This document shows positions 41,153 through 48,942 of a stretch of 64,000 nt of DNA, piece by piece (position 1 is the stretch's first letter; every line of letters starts with the position of its first letter). The position numbers and the translations under genes were made by a program. The DNA comes from an uncultured Erysipelotrichaceae bacterium (lineage in GTDB: Bacteria > Bacillota_I > Bacilli_A > Erysipelotrichales > Erysipelotrichaceae): NCBI GenBank assembly GCA_902775735.1, contig CACYNH010000002.1, forward strand, positions 35,669-99,668. Direction: 5' to 3'. The notes beneath the pieces were generated by a model. The model had not been told where the DNA came from. It worked only from the letters and a program-made list of their open reading frames with translations, and did not search any database.

Positions 41153-42223
41153 TTATGCGTTTTGTTCTTCGACGATCTTTTCGATTTCCGCCTTGAGCGC
41201 CTCCGCCAGCTCACTCTGGGGAACCTGACGGATCAGCTGTCCTTTTCTGAACAGCATGCCGATTTCATAGCCGCCGGCCACGCCGACGTCGGCTCTGGAA
41301 GCTTCCTGCATGCCGTTGACCGGGCAGCCCATGACCGCGACGGTGATATTGGCATGGACATGCCGGAGGTAATCCTCCATCTCCTTGACTAAAGGTAACA
41401 TGTCATACTGGATTCTGCCGCAGGTCGGACAGGCGACCAGATCCGGCACGCCGTCGATCAGATCAAAGCATCTTAACAGCTGTTTTGCGATCGGCAGTTC
41501 ATCGTTGGGATCGCCGCTGACCGAAACACGGATGGTATCGCCGATGCCTTCGTTGAGAAGAACACCGAGCGCCGCGCTTGATTTGACGGCTGATTCGGCA
41601 AAGCCGCCGGCTTCCGTCACGCCAAGGTGCAGGGGATAGATAAATGTTTCCGCCGCCGCTTTATAGGCGTCGATGGTCAGTCTGACATTGCTGGATTTGA
41701 AGGAAAGGCAGATGTCATGGAAATCCAGTTCCTCCAGAATCTCCACATGGCGCTTTGCGGAAGCGATCATCGCTTCGGCGCACGGGCCGCCGTACTGTTC
41801 CAGGAACTGTCTTTCCAGAGAACCGGAATTGATGCCGATGCGGATCGGGACATGTTTCTCTTTGCACATGTTGACGACTTCCTCGGTATGGGCGCGGTCG
41901 CCGATATTGCCGGGATTGATGCGGATCGCGTCAACGCTGCCTTCCAGTGAGATTAAGGCAAGACGGTGGTTGAAATGGATGTCCGCGACAAGGGGAACGT
42001 CCGTTCTCTTTTTGATTTCGGCAATCGCTCTTGCGTCCTCTTCGTCAAGAACGGCCGTTCTGACGATTTCGCATCCGTTTTCCGCCAGTTCATTGATCTG
42101 TTTCACGGCTGCTTCGATATTTTTGGCCGGCACGTTGGTCATCGACTGCAGGATGCATTTTTCCTGACCGCCGATCTGCACGCCGCCGACATAAATCGGT
42201 CTTGTTTCTTTTCTTGTATACAT
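41153..42223 (-). CDS. ispG: (E)-4-hydroxy-3-methylbut-2-enyl-diphosphate synthase
   Basis: QSMTN, VADIHF, RINPGNIG, LHLGVTEAG, GIGDTIRVS, CPTCGR, VMGCPVNG. Confidence 0.97.
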   Translation of the reverse strand: MYTRKETRPIYVGGVQIGGQEKCILQSMTNVPAKNIEAAVKQINELAENGCEIVRTAVLDEEDARAIAEIKKRTDVPLVADIHFNHRLALISLEGSVDAIRINPGNIGDRAHTEEVVNMCKEKHVPIRIGINSGSLERQFLEQYGGPCAEAMIASAKRHVEILEELDFHDICLSFKSSNVRLTIDAYKAAAETFIYPLHLGVTEAGGFAESAVKSSAALGVLLNEGIGDTIRVSVSGDPNDELPIAKQLLRCFDLIDGVPDLVACPTCGRIQYDMLPLVKEMEDYLRHVHANITVAVMGCPVNGMQEASRADVGVAGGYEIGMLFRKGQLIRQVPQSELAEALKAEIEKIVEEQNA

Positions 42224-42281
42224 AGAATCACCCTGTATTATTATGACATTTTACAGTGATTTTTAGAAGGTAACGAAATGC

Positions 42282-42310
42282 TTGGAAAATAAAAATGTTT
42301 ATGCTATACT
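42282..42310 (+). promoter_or_regulatory. sigma-A promoter of rpmG
   Basis: TTGGAA, 17 bp, TATACT with extended -10 TG. Confidence 0.65.
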
Positions 42311-42340
42311 CTTACCCGTACAGATCAGGAGGTGTATAAA

Positions 42341-42493
42341 ATGCCCAGAGACAATATCACATTCAAGTGCACAGAATGTGGCGAGGAAAACTACATCGGC
42401 ACAAGGAATAAGCGTAAGCATCCGGAAAAGATGGAAATCAAGAAGTACTGCCCGCGCTGCAACAAGGTGACTGCGCATAAGGAGAAGAAATAA
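42341..42493 (+). CDS. rpmG: 50S ribosomal protein L33, Zn-ribbon (C+) type; not in the ORF track
   Basis: Manual translation [50 protein letters not shown]; AGGAGGT RBS. Confidence 0.97.
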   Translation: MPRDNITFKCTECGEENYIGTRNKRKHPEKMEIKKYCPRCNKVTAHKEKK

Positions 42494-42511
42494 CCTCAGG
42501 GTTATTTTTTT
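42488..42511 (+). terminator. Terminator after rpmG
   Basis: AAATAACC-TCAG-GGTTATTT plus T tract. Confidence 0.6.
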
Positions 42512-42520
42512 GTTTCAGTT

Positions 42521-43123
42521 ATGAAAGTCGATGTTCTGCCCATCGGGCTTTATCAGGAAAACAGCTACGTCCTTCACGATCATGATCATGTTCTGTTCAT
42601 TGATCCGGGAAGATACGCCATACAGATCGCCGCGTGCGTTTCAGAGAAAGAAACCGTCGACGGCGTGATTCTGACCCATGGCCATGAGGACCACACCCAG
42701 GCGGCAGACGATCTGGCGGAGATGTTCGGCTGCGATGTTTATATGTCACTGGACGATTTTGTTCTGGTGGATCCGAAAAACCCGCTGCGCTACGGCTATG
42801 ACGCCCCGGTCTACAGCCCAATCAAAGATCTTCGGGGAGAAATGACCGTGGGCACATTCCCGTTAACCGTCATTTCAACCCCGGGCCATACGGCAGGCTC
42901 TGTCTGTGTCCGCTTCCGCTCCCTGCTTTTTACCGGTGACACGCTTTTTGCCGGGGACATCGGAAGAACAGATCTTTACAGCGGCAGTGAAGAAGAGATG
43001 ATTGAAACACTGAAGCTTTTCAAAGACCTGCCCCATGACCTGAGGGTTCTGCCCGGACACGGTCCTGCCAGCACCATCGGCCGTGAGCTGAAAGTTAATC
43101 CTTATCTTGTCGCGCTTGGTTGA
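42521..43123 (+). CDS. MBL-fold metallo-hydrolase (glyoxalase II/YqgX-like)
   Basis: THGHEDH, TPGHT, FTGDTLF, PGHG. Confidence 0.92.
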   Translation: MKVDVLPIGLYQENSYVLHDHDHVLFIDPGRYAIQIAACVSEKETVDGVILTHGHEDHTQAADDLAEMFGCDVYMSLDDFVLVDPKNPLRYGYDAPVYSPIKDLRGEMTVGTFPLTVISTPGHTAGSVCVRFRSLLFTGDTLFAGDIGRTDLYSGSEEEMIETLKLFKDLPHDLRVLPGHGPASTIGRELKVNPYLVALG

Positions 43124-43169
43124 ATCGCCATGCCATCTCTTTTAGAATAAGGAGGAGAGGTACTAACTT

Positions 43170-43949
43170 ATGAAAAAACTGCTGATCAGTCTTCTCTCGG
43201 TACTCCTGCTTGCCGGCTGCGGCCGCAGGGAGAAAACCGATCCTGAAATCACACCCGATCCCCGCGAGAGCGTCTCCATTTCGGAAACCGACTTTACCCA
43301 GAGCGACGCCATGAAAGTCTGGCAGGCCGCCCTGGATGAATACTGCGGCGTCAATGCCTGCAAAGCCGTAAGCGTAAGGATTTCCGGCAAAGACCTCAGC
43401 GGCACCTATACATATGCCGATAACGGTCTGACCAAGACGTCGGAAGGAACCCTTTACGATGTCACCGTCAATCCCAGCCAGAAGACTTCCTGGAGCGCTT
43501 CCAGAACCGAGTTCAAAGGAAAACCCGATCCGGCGGAAACAGAACCGGCGGAAACCGAAGAACCGGAAGACAAGAAGGACGGCGGGGATTCAGAAAAGGA
43601 AGACAAGGAAGAAAAAGAAGGCAAGAAACACAACTTCGACATCGATGACGAAGTGGATGAGTCCGATGAGGACGCCCGCAACGACACCAAGGTCTATGAA
43701 GAAAGCGGCATCCAGATCTGGCGCCTTTACACAAAGAAGGGAACCATCGAGTTCACCGGCAAGTACGAAGGCGACTCCAAGTTCCTGATCCAGATCATGG
43801 ACCTCAAACAGAACGTCAAGGGCGAACCTGTCAAGATGACAAAGGCCGGCGACATCGAAGGTTCCATGAAACTTGAGGAAGGCTACTATTATATTGTCAT
43901 TGAAGCAGCCGGCGGCTGGTCTCTCTACTGGAACAGAACCTATGAATGA
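43170..43949 (+). CDS. Hypothetical lipoprotein, two domains joined by an acidic linker
   Basis: MKKLLISLLSVLLLAGC lipobox; AAGGAG RBS. Confidence 0.8.
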   Translation: MKKLLISLLSVLLLAGCGRREKTDPEITPDPRESVSISETDFTQSDAMKVWQAALDEYCGVNACKAVSVRISGKDLSGTYTYADNGLTKTSEGTLYDVTVNPSQKTSWSASRTEFKGKPDPAETEPAETEEPEDKKDGGDSEKEDKEEKEGKKHNFDIDDEVDESDEDARNDTKVYEESGIQIWRLYTKKGTIEFTGKYEGDSKFLIQIMDLKQNVKGEPVKMTKAGDIEGSMKLEEGYYYIVIEAAGGWSLYWNRTYE

Positions 43950-44526
43950 GAACTCTCTTCAGAAGCTGTTTGTAAAATGCCGCACCTACCGGCGCTATGA
44001 ACAGACAGAGATCACCGAAGAAACCGTCCGTTCCATCATCGAAGACGCAAGAACCGCTTCCTGCGCTTCCAACCTGCAGCGCTTACGCTATGTCGCTGTG
44101 CTTGCAAAGGACAAAAGAGACGCGATGGCTTCGCTGGTGCGCTTTGCGGCCTATCTGCCGCCCGAAAAGGGACAGCCGAAACAAGGTGAACAGGCTATGG
44201 CCTATATCGTCATCCTGGAGCCGGAAAACGGCGGCCGGATCAGCGATATCGACATGGGCATCGCCGCCGACAGAATCGTGCTCAGCGCTTATGAAAAGGG
44301 AATCGGCTCCTGCATGATGCTGAACTATGACGCAGAGAAAGTCAGGCAGCTTCTCAATATTGAAGAAAGCATGAAGCCCGGCCTTGTCATCGCGATGGGC
44401 ATACCGGCCCATACAAGCACCATTGAGGAGGCTGAAGCCGGAAGTGATCTGCGCTACTATCTGGATGAGCATGATGATTATCATGTGCCGAAACTGAAAA
44501 CAGAAGATCTCGTAAAATTCATATAA
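43942..44526 (+). CDS. Nitroreductase family protein
   Basis: RTYRRY, ASCASNLQ, DMGIAA, GIGSC, VPKL; ATG 43942 overlaps the upstream stop. Confidence 0.9.
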   Translation: MNENSLQKLFVKCRTYRRYEQTEITEETVRSIIEDARTASCASNLQRLRYVAVLAKDKRDAMASLVRFAAYLPPEKGQPKQGEQAMAYIVILEPENGGRISDIDMGIAADRIVLSAYEKGIGSCMMLNYDAEKVRQLLNIEESMKPGLVIAMGIPAHTSTIEEAEAGSDLRYYLDEHDDYHVPKLKTEDLVKFI

Positions 44527-44531
44527 GGGTT

Positions 44532-44567
44532 AGAATCCGCGGAAAATTGAAATTCTGCGGATTTTTT
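44532..44567 (+). terminator. Intrinsic terminator before the comG operon
   Basis: AGAATCCGCGGAA / TTCTGCGGATTTT plus T tract. Confidence 0.75.
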
Positions 44568-44616
44568 ATGTGGGAATCCCGCAAAAAGAGGGAAATAAGA
44601 AAGGCAGGAGGACAGC

Positions 44617-45591
44617 ATGAATGAACGACTGCTTGAAATTTTGAGGATTGCGCTTGCCTATAAGGTCAGCGACGTCCATTTTTCTCTTGATCAGGAGGGA
44701 AAGCTTTTTATTGAAATGAGGGTCGATGGAAAAATCCGGCAGCTCAGATCAGACAGTGAGGACGAGCGTCTCTTCCGCTATCTGATGTACCGCTCCAACC
44801 TGGATGTCTCGACGGTCTTTTCGCCCCAGACCGGCAGCTTTGAAGAAACCGTGGACGGCCATAAGCTCTCGCTGCGCTTTGCGATCGTGAGCGCCTGGCA
44901 CCGGGTGTCGGGGGTACTCAGAATCCTTTCCGCAACCGGAAGCCTGAAGCCGAAGGATCTCTGCGATGATGAGGAGACGGTTGCCTGGATGCGCCATGCG
45001 TTAAGCAGAAGAAGCGGGCTTGTGATCTTTTCCGGACCGACCGGCTCCGGCAAGACGACCGCGCTCTATACGCTGCTTGATGAAATCCGTGAGCGCAAGA
45101 TCTTTACCCTGGAGGATCCGGTTGAAGTGGTGCACGAAAACTATGTGCAGCTGCAGGTCAATGAAAAGCAGATGAGCTACGCCGACGGCATCCGCCAGCT
45201 CATGCGCCATGATCCGGACATCATCATGATCGGGGAGATCCGCGACTCGGAAGCGGCCGCGATGGCGGTACGGAGCGCTTTGACCGGCCACCTGGTCGTG
45301 ACCAGTCTGCATAGCTTCAGCTGCAGCGGCGCAATTGAAAGAATGCTTGATCTTGGCGTCGAACCGTTTCAGCTCAGCGAAGTGCTGACCGGTGTCTCAA
45401 ACCAGCGTCTTTATCCGGCGGTGAAAGGAGGGAAGACAGGGATTTATGAATACATGGATGAAAAAGAAGCGGCTTACTGGTTCGCAAACCGCAGACACTC
45501 CGAACGGTTCATCCCGCTGCGCTTCCGGATTGAGAACGCGGTTTCAAAAGGTCTTATCAAAGCTGAAGACGCATCAGGCGACCTGCCTTGA
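44617..45591 (+). CDS. comGA: Competence pilus assembly ATPase ComGA
   Basis: SDVHF, GPTGSGKTT, TLEDPVE, MRHDPDIIMIGEIRD, LTGHLVVTSLH. Confidence 0.92.
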   Translation: MNERLLEILRIALAYKVSDVHFSLDQEGKLFIEMRVDGKIRQLRSDSEDERLFRYLMYRSNLDVSTVFSPQTGSFEETVDGHKLSLRFAIVSAWHRVSGVLRILSATGSLKPKDLCDDEETVAWMRHALSRRSGLVIFSGPTGSGKTTALYTLLDEIRERKIFTLEDPVEVVHENYVQLQVNEKQMSYADGIRQLMRHDPDIIMIGEIRDSEAAAMAVRSALTGHLVVTSLHSFSCSGAIERMLDLGVEPFQLSEVLTGVSNQRLYPAVKGGKTGIYEYMDEKEAAYWFANRRHSERFIPLRFRIENAVSKGLIKAEDASGDLP

Positions 45592-46561
45592 TTTTGATGA
45601 ATGCGAAACGATGGCGCTCATGATGGACGCCGGCTTCAGTTTCCAGGAAACCCTTCAGATTCTGGAAACAGACAAAAACGCGTCATTGTTTGAAGAAATG
45701 CGCCGCAAACTTGAAGAAGGATGTTCCGTATCGGAGTTTCTGACCCCGCTCACTGAAAAGAGCGTGCGTTCCTACATCTCAGGCTTTGTGATGTACATGG
45801 ACGCCGGGGCGGCGCTCGGGGCAGCGTGCGCGATTGTGCGGGTTGAAAAGAGCGAAAGAAAAAAGCTGATCAGCGGCTGCCTGTATCCGTGTCTTCTGTT
45901 AGCGGGCATGACCGCCGGAATCTTTCTGTTCGCAAGTTTCGTGCTTCCCTCAATGCTGGGCTTAATGCGCTCGCTCGATCTTTCCGGCAGCGAGAATTAT
46001 GAGCTGTTGCGGACACTGATCCGGACATTTTCGGCGCTTCTGTTTGTGCTTTGTGTCACTTCTGTTGTATTTGCGCTCTGGCGGCTTTCACCGTCGAACA
46101 TTGACGAGACATACCGGTTTCTCTGCCCCCGCTTCAAAGACAGCTGGCTGGTGATGGCGGCTTCCCGCGACTTCACCAGGTTTTTCTTGGAGTGCGTGCG
46201 CAGAAAAGTGCCGACGATGCAGGCGCTCAGGATGTTAAAGCAGATGAAGGAAAAGCCGTTAGTTGCGCTCATCGCGAATGAGCTGGATGAGAGCCTGATG
46301 AGCGGCACATCCTTTGAAAAGGCGATGGCCTCCCCGTATGTTGAAAGCGCGCTGGCCCGTTTTATTCATTTAGCGGCGGCAGCGGCGAATGTCGAAACGA
46401 TGCTGGAAGGCTATCTTGCCATGAGCGCAAAGCGCACCGAGGCGGCCATAAGGCGCTTTTCAACCGCGGTTCAGCTGTTTTCCTATTCACTGATCGGACT
46501 TGTTCTGATCTTTGTCTACAGCATACTCATGCTGCCGATGACAATGCTGCAGCAGATCTAG
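45530..46561 (+). CDS. comGB: Competence pilus platform protein ComGB (start uncertain: TTG 45530 or ATG 45611)
   Basis: GspF/PilC-like with 3 TM, LYP motif, C-terminal YSILMLPM; between comGA and the major pilin. Confidence 0.85.
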   Translation: MRTRFQKVLSKLKTHQATCLDFDECETMALMMDAGFSFQETLQILETDKNASLFEEMRRKLEEGCSVSEFLTPLTEKSVRSYISGFVMYMDAGAALGAACAIVRVEKSERKKLISGCLYPCLLLAGMTAGIFLFASFVLPSMLGLMRSLDLSGSENYELLRTLIRTFSALLFVLCVTSVVFALWRLSPSNIDETYRFLCPRFKDSWLVMAASRDFTRFFLECVRRKVPTMQALRMLKQMKEKPLVALIANELDESLMSGTSFEKAMASPYVESALARFIHLAAAAANVETMLEGYLAMSAKRTEAAIRRFSTAVQLFSYSLIGLVLIFVYSILMLPMTMLQQI

Positions 46562-46580
46562 AAAACGTAAAGGAGGACTT

Positions 46581-46886
46581 ATGAAACGAAAACTGAAACA
46601 GGGCTTCACACTTCTGGAAATGACCATCGTCGTCTTGATCATTTCCGTTCTCTTCCTGCTCACAGTTCCCAACATCCAGAAGACACTGACCATCGTCAAC
46701 AACAAAGGCTGCAAGGCTCTTGAAAAGGTCGGCGACTCAGCCATTGTCCAGTACAAGCTTGAATACGGCGAATATCCCGGCAGCGTGCAGGACCTGATTT
46801 CCGCAGGTCTGCTGACAGAGGACCAGGTCACCTGCGACGGTTCCCACACCCTGGTGATCAGCGATGGCCAGGCGTACATTGAATAA
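46581..46886 (+). CDS. comGC: Major competence pilin ComGC
   Basis: Class III signal KQG/FTLLEM, VPNIQK, KGCKAL, DLISAGLL. Confidence 0.92.
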   Translation: MKRKLKQGFTLLEMTIVVLIISVLFLLTVPNIQKTLTIVNNKGCKALEKVGDSAIVQYKLEYGEYPGSVQDLISAGLLTEDQVTCDGSHTLVISDGQAYIE

Positions 46887-47193
46887 AGGCTTTCTTTTAG
46901 CCGAAAGTCTCGCCGCGATCGTCTGTATTTCCCTGTTTGCCTTACTGCTTGGAAGTATGCCTGTCTATGAAACGGACGCTTATCATGTTTTTCCTGCCGA
47001 CTACTGCCTTGCGCAGAGCGCCGCGATGGCAAAGGCCGAATCCTGCTCCGTTGACCATCGCAGCAATGAGTTCATCTCTGACATCCGCTTTTCCGACGCC
47101 GGCAATGTCAACATGGCAAGAACGCTGCTGCTCGGCAAAGGAAACAGAACCGTCGTCATCGAACTGGGGTTCGGCCGTCTTGTCTTCCGCTAA
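46864..47193 (+). CDS. comGD: Minor pilin, ComGD-like
   Basis: KG/FLLAES signal; IRFSDAGNV and IELGFGR C-terminal motifs; start may be TTG 46879. Confidence 0.72.
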   Translation: MARRTLNKGFLLAESLAAIVCISLFALLLGSMPVYETDAYHVFPADYCLAQSAAMAKAESCSVDHRSNEFISDIRFSDAGNVNMARTLLLGKGNRTVVIELGFGRLVFR

Positions 47194-47470
47194 AAAAGGC
47201 TTTCTGCTCACTGATGCGCTTGTCTCCGTCTTTGTTGTTTTTATTCTCTGCGGTCTGGTTTTCTCGACTGCCCTTGAATACTTAACCGCGAAAGAAACAA
47301 TGGAAGAAGCGGCGGAGGAAATGGAAGAGGAGGCGGCGTATTACTTTACAGCCGCTTCCTCTGAGTGCTATGAGTGTCAGATCAAAGAAGAGGAAGGAGA
47401 AGGGGAAGAAGAGGAGGATGAGGAAGAATGGGACGAAGAGCCGGAGGGTTCCTTCTCGCCGATACCCTGA
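47180..47470 (+). CDS. Minor pilin, ComGE-like, with acidic tail
   Basis: TTG start after GGGGT; KKG/FLLTD plus hydrophobic helix; third pilin in the operon. Confidence 0.65.
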   Translation: MSSAKKGFLLTDALVSVFVVFILCGLVFSTALEYLTAKETMEEAAEEMEEEAAYYFTAASSECYECQIKEEEGEGEEEEDEEEWDEEPEGSFSPIP

Positions 47471-47826
47471 GCGCGTTTCTGATCGCTCTGATGATCCTGC
47501 CCTTATGCACTTACTGCATCACTGCCTTTTCGCCGCTTCTTGATCCGGAAATGACAGTGCAGGATGAAACCGGCGCCCAGCAGCTAAGAAGAATGATCGC
47601 GCTCTCATCGGATATTCAGGTCAGTGACAGTGAAATCGATCTGGTCTACCGGCAGAAGGAAATGCGGCTGCATTTATCGGGAGAAAACGTCATCCTGACC
47701 CCGGGCACGCAGTATTGCTTTACCGAGGTCGATGACTGTTCGTTTTATCTGGATGGCAAAGTGATCCGGATGGTATTGGAGCGGGAGAATGAAACGGTTG
47801 AAAAGGTTCTCGGCGTTCTGCCGTAG
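47428..47826 (+). CDS. Minor pilin, ComGF-like
   Basis: RRAGG/FLLAD plus hydrophobic helix; QQLRR and PGTQ segments resemble ComGF. Confidence 0.68.
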   Translation: MGRRAGGFLLADTLSAFLIALMILPLCTYCITAFSPLLDPEMTVQDETGAQQLRRMIALSSDIQVSDSEIDLVYRQKEMRLHLSGENVILTPGTQYCFTEVDDCSFYLDGKVIRMVLERENETVEKVLGVLP

Positions 47827-48181
47827 AGGCGTGATCAGCAGCTGGTTCTTCGCCGTCTTTCTTTACTGCATCAGCCTGGCGGCGGTCGTGAATGAGAATC
47901 AGATCCGCTTTGCCAAAGCGATGATCAACCTGCAGACAAACCAGAAGTATCTGAGCGCAGAATGCGATGTGCTGCGGATGATCCAGGCGATGGCCGCCTG
48001 CGGTGATCTTGAAGACGGCAGCTATGAAACAGCGTCATTCAGCTTCACTCTTGAAGTGCAGGGGGAACTGCTCTATGTGAAGATCGATGAGCCGTATGAG
48101 GAGCTGCTTGTGGAAATGGCGGATGAAACGCATCTTTATGACTATCAGGCATACAGGGAAGGGATCGAAATCATGGATTAA
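47789..48181 (+). CDS. Minor pilin, ComGG-like
   Basis: RRG/VISSW signal lacking Glu5 (usual for ComGG); last gene of the operon. Confidence 0.6.
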   Translation: MKRLKRFSAFCRRGVISSWFFAVFLYCISLAAVVNENQIRFAKAMINLQTNQKYLSAECDVLRMIQAMAACGDLEDGSYETASFSFTLEVQGELLYVKIDEPYEELLVEMADETHLYDYQAYREGIEIMD

Positions 48182-48184
48182 AGC

Positions 48185-48211
48185 GAAGGGGAACCGGTCA
48201 GGTTCCTCTTT
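48185..48211 (+). terminator. Terminator after the comG operon
   Basis: AAGGGGAACC-GGTCA-GGTTCCTCTTT. Confidence 0.65.
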
Positions 48212-48269
48212 GCATGCATGGGTGTTCTTAAGATTTGTTTGAGCACGTCCCGGCAGGCTTATGTGCAGA

Positions 48270-48297
48270 TTGACAAAAAGCCCTTTTTTTATAGAAT
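48270..48297 (+). promoter_or_regulatory. sigma-A promoter of efp
   Basis: TTGACA, 16 bp, TAGAAT. Confidence 0.65.
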
Positions 48298-48324
48298 AGA
48301 TAAAGACAGGCAGGTAAGAAAATT

Positions 48325-48882
48325 ATGATTATTGTCAACGATCTTAAACCCGGAACAGCGTTTGAATATAACGGAAATATTTATCAGGTCATCAATGTCG
48401 ACCACAACAAGACAGCGATGCGTCAGATGATCATCAAAGTCAAGGTAAAGAACCTGCGTTCAGGCGTTATCAATGAAATCTCCTTCACCGGCGGCGACAA
48501 GGTGGAGCAGGCGCACGTCGAAAGAAAAGCGATGCAGTATCTCTATGATGACGGCACAAACCTCGTCTTCATGGATACCGAGACATATGACCAGATCGAA
48601 ATCCCGAAGGAGCGTCTGGAATGGGAAATGCAGTTCCTCAAGGAAAACGAGACTGTTCAGATCTCCATGTATGAATCCGAAATCCTCGGAGTCATCCTGC
48701 CGGATAAGGTTGAGCTGCAGATTGTCGAATGCGAACAGGCAGTCAAGGGCGATACCGCTACCTCCGCTTCCAAAAACGCCAAGGTTGAAACAGGACTTGA
48801 AATCAAGGTTCCTCTTTTCATCCAGAACGGCGAAATGGTTATCATCTCAACAGCAGACGGAAAATATTCCGGAAGGGCCTGA
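48325..48882 (+). CDS. efp: Elongation factor P (atypical loop TAMR)
   Basis: NDLKPG, MQYLY, FMDTETYDQ, VKGDTA, ETGLEIKVPLFI, YSGRA; 185 aa. Confidence 0.96.
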   Translation: MIIVNDLKPGTAFEYNGNIYQVINVDHNKTAMRQMIIKVKVKNLRSGVINEISFTGGDKVEQAHVERKAMQYLYDDGTNLVFMDTETYDQIEIPKERLEWEMQFLKENETVQISMYESEILGVILPDKVELQIVECEQAVKGDTATSASKNAKVETGLEIKVPLFIQNGEMVIISTADGKYSGRA

Positions 48883-48942
48883 TTCGTTCAACAGATGTGC
48901 TGAAAAGCACATTTTGTTATCAGAGATTCAAAGGAGCGGTAT

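Noticed and set aside
42282-42470. 62 aa ORF in the track
   Set aside because: Wrong-frame overlap of rpmG; starts inside the promoter.
45446-45611. comGA/comGB overlap as a frameshift or pseudogene
   Set aside because: Both frames are intact and of normal length; overlap is usual in comG operons, only the start is uncertain.
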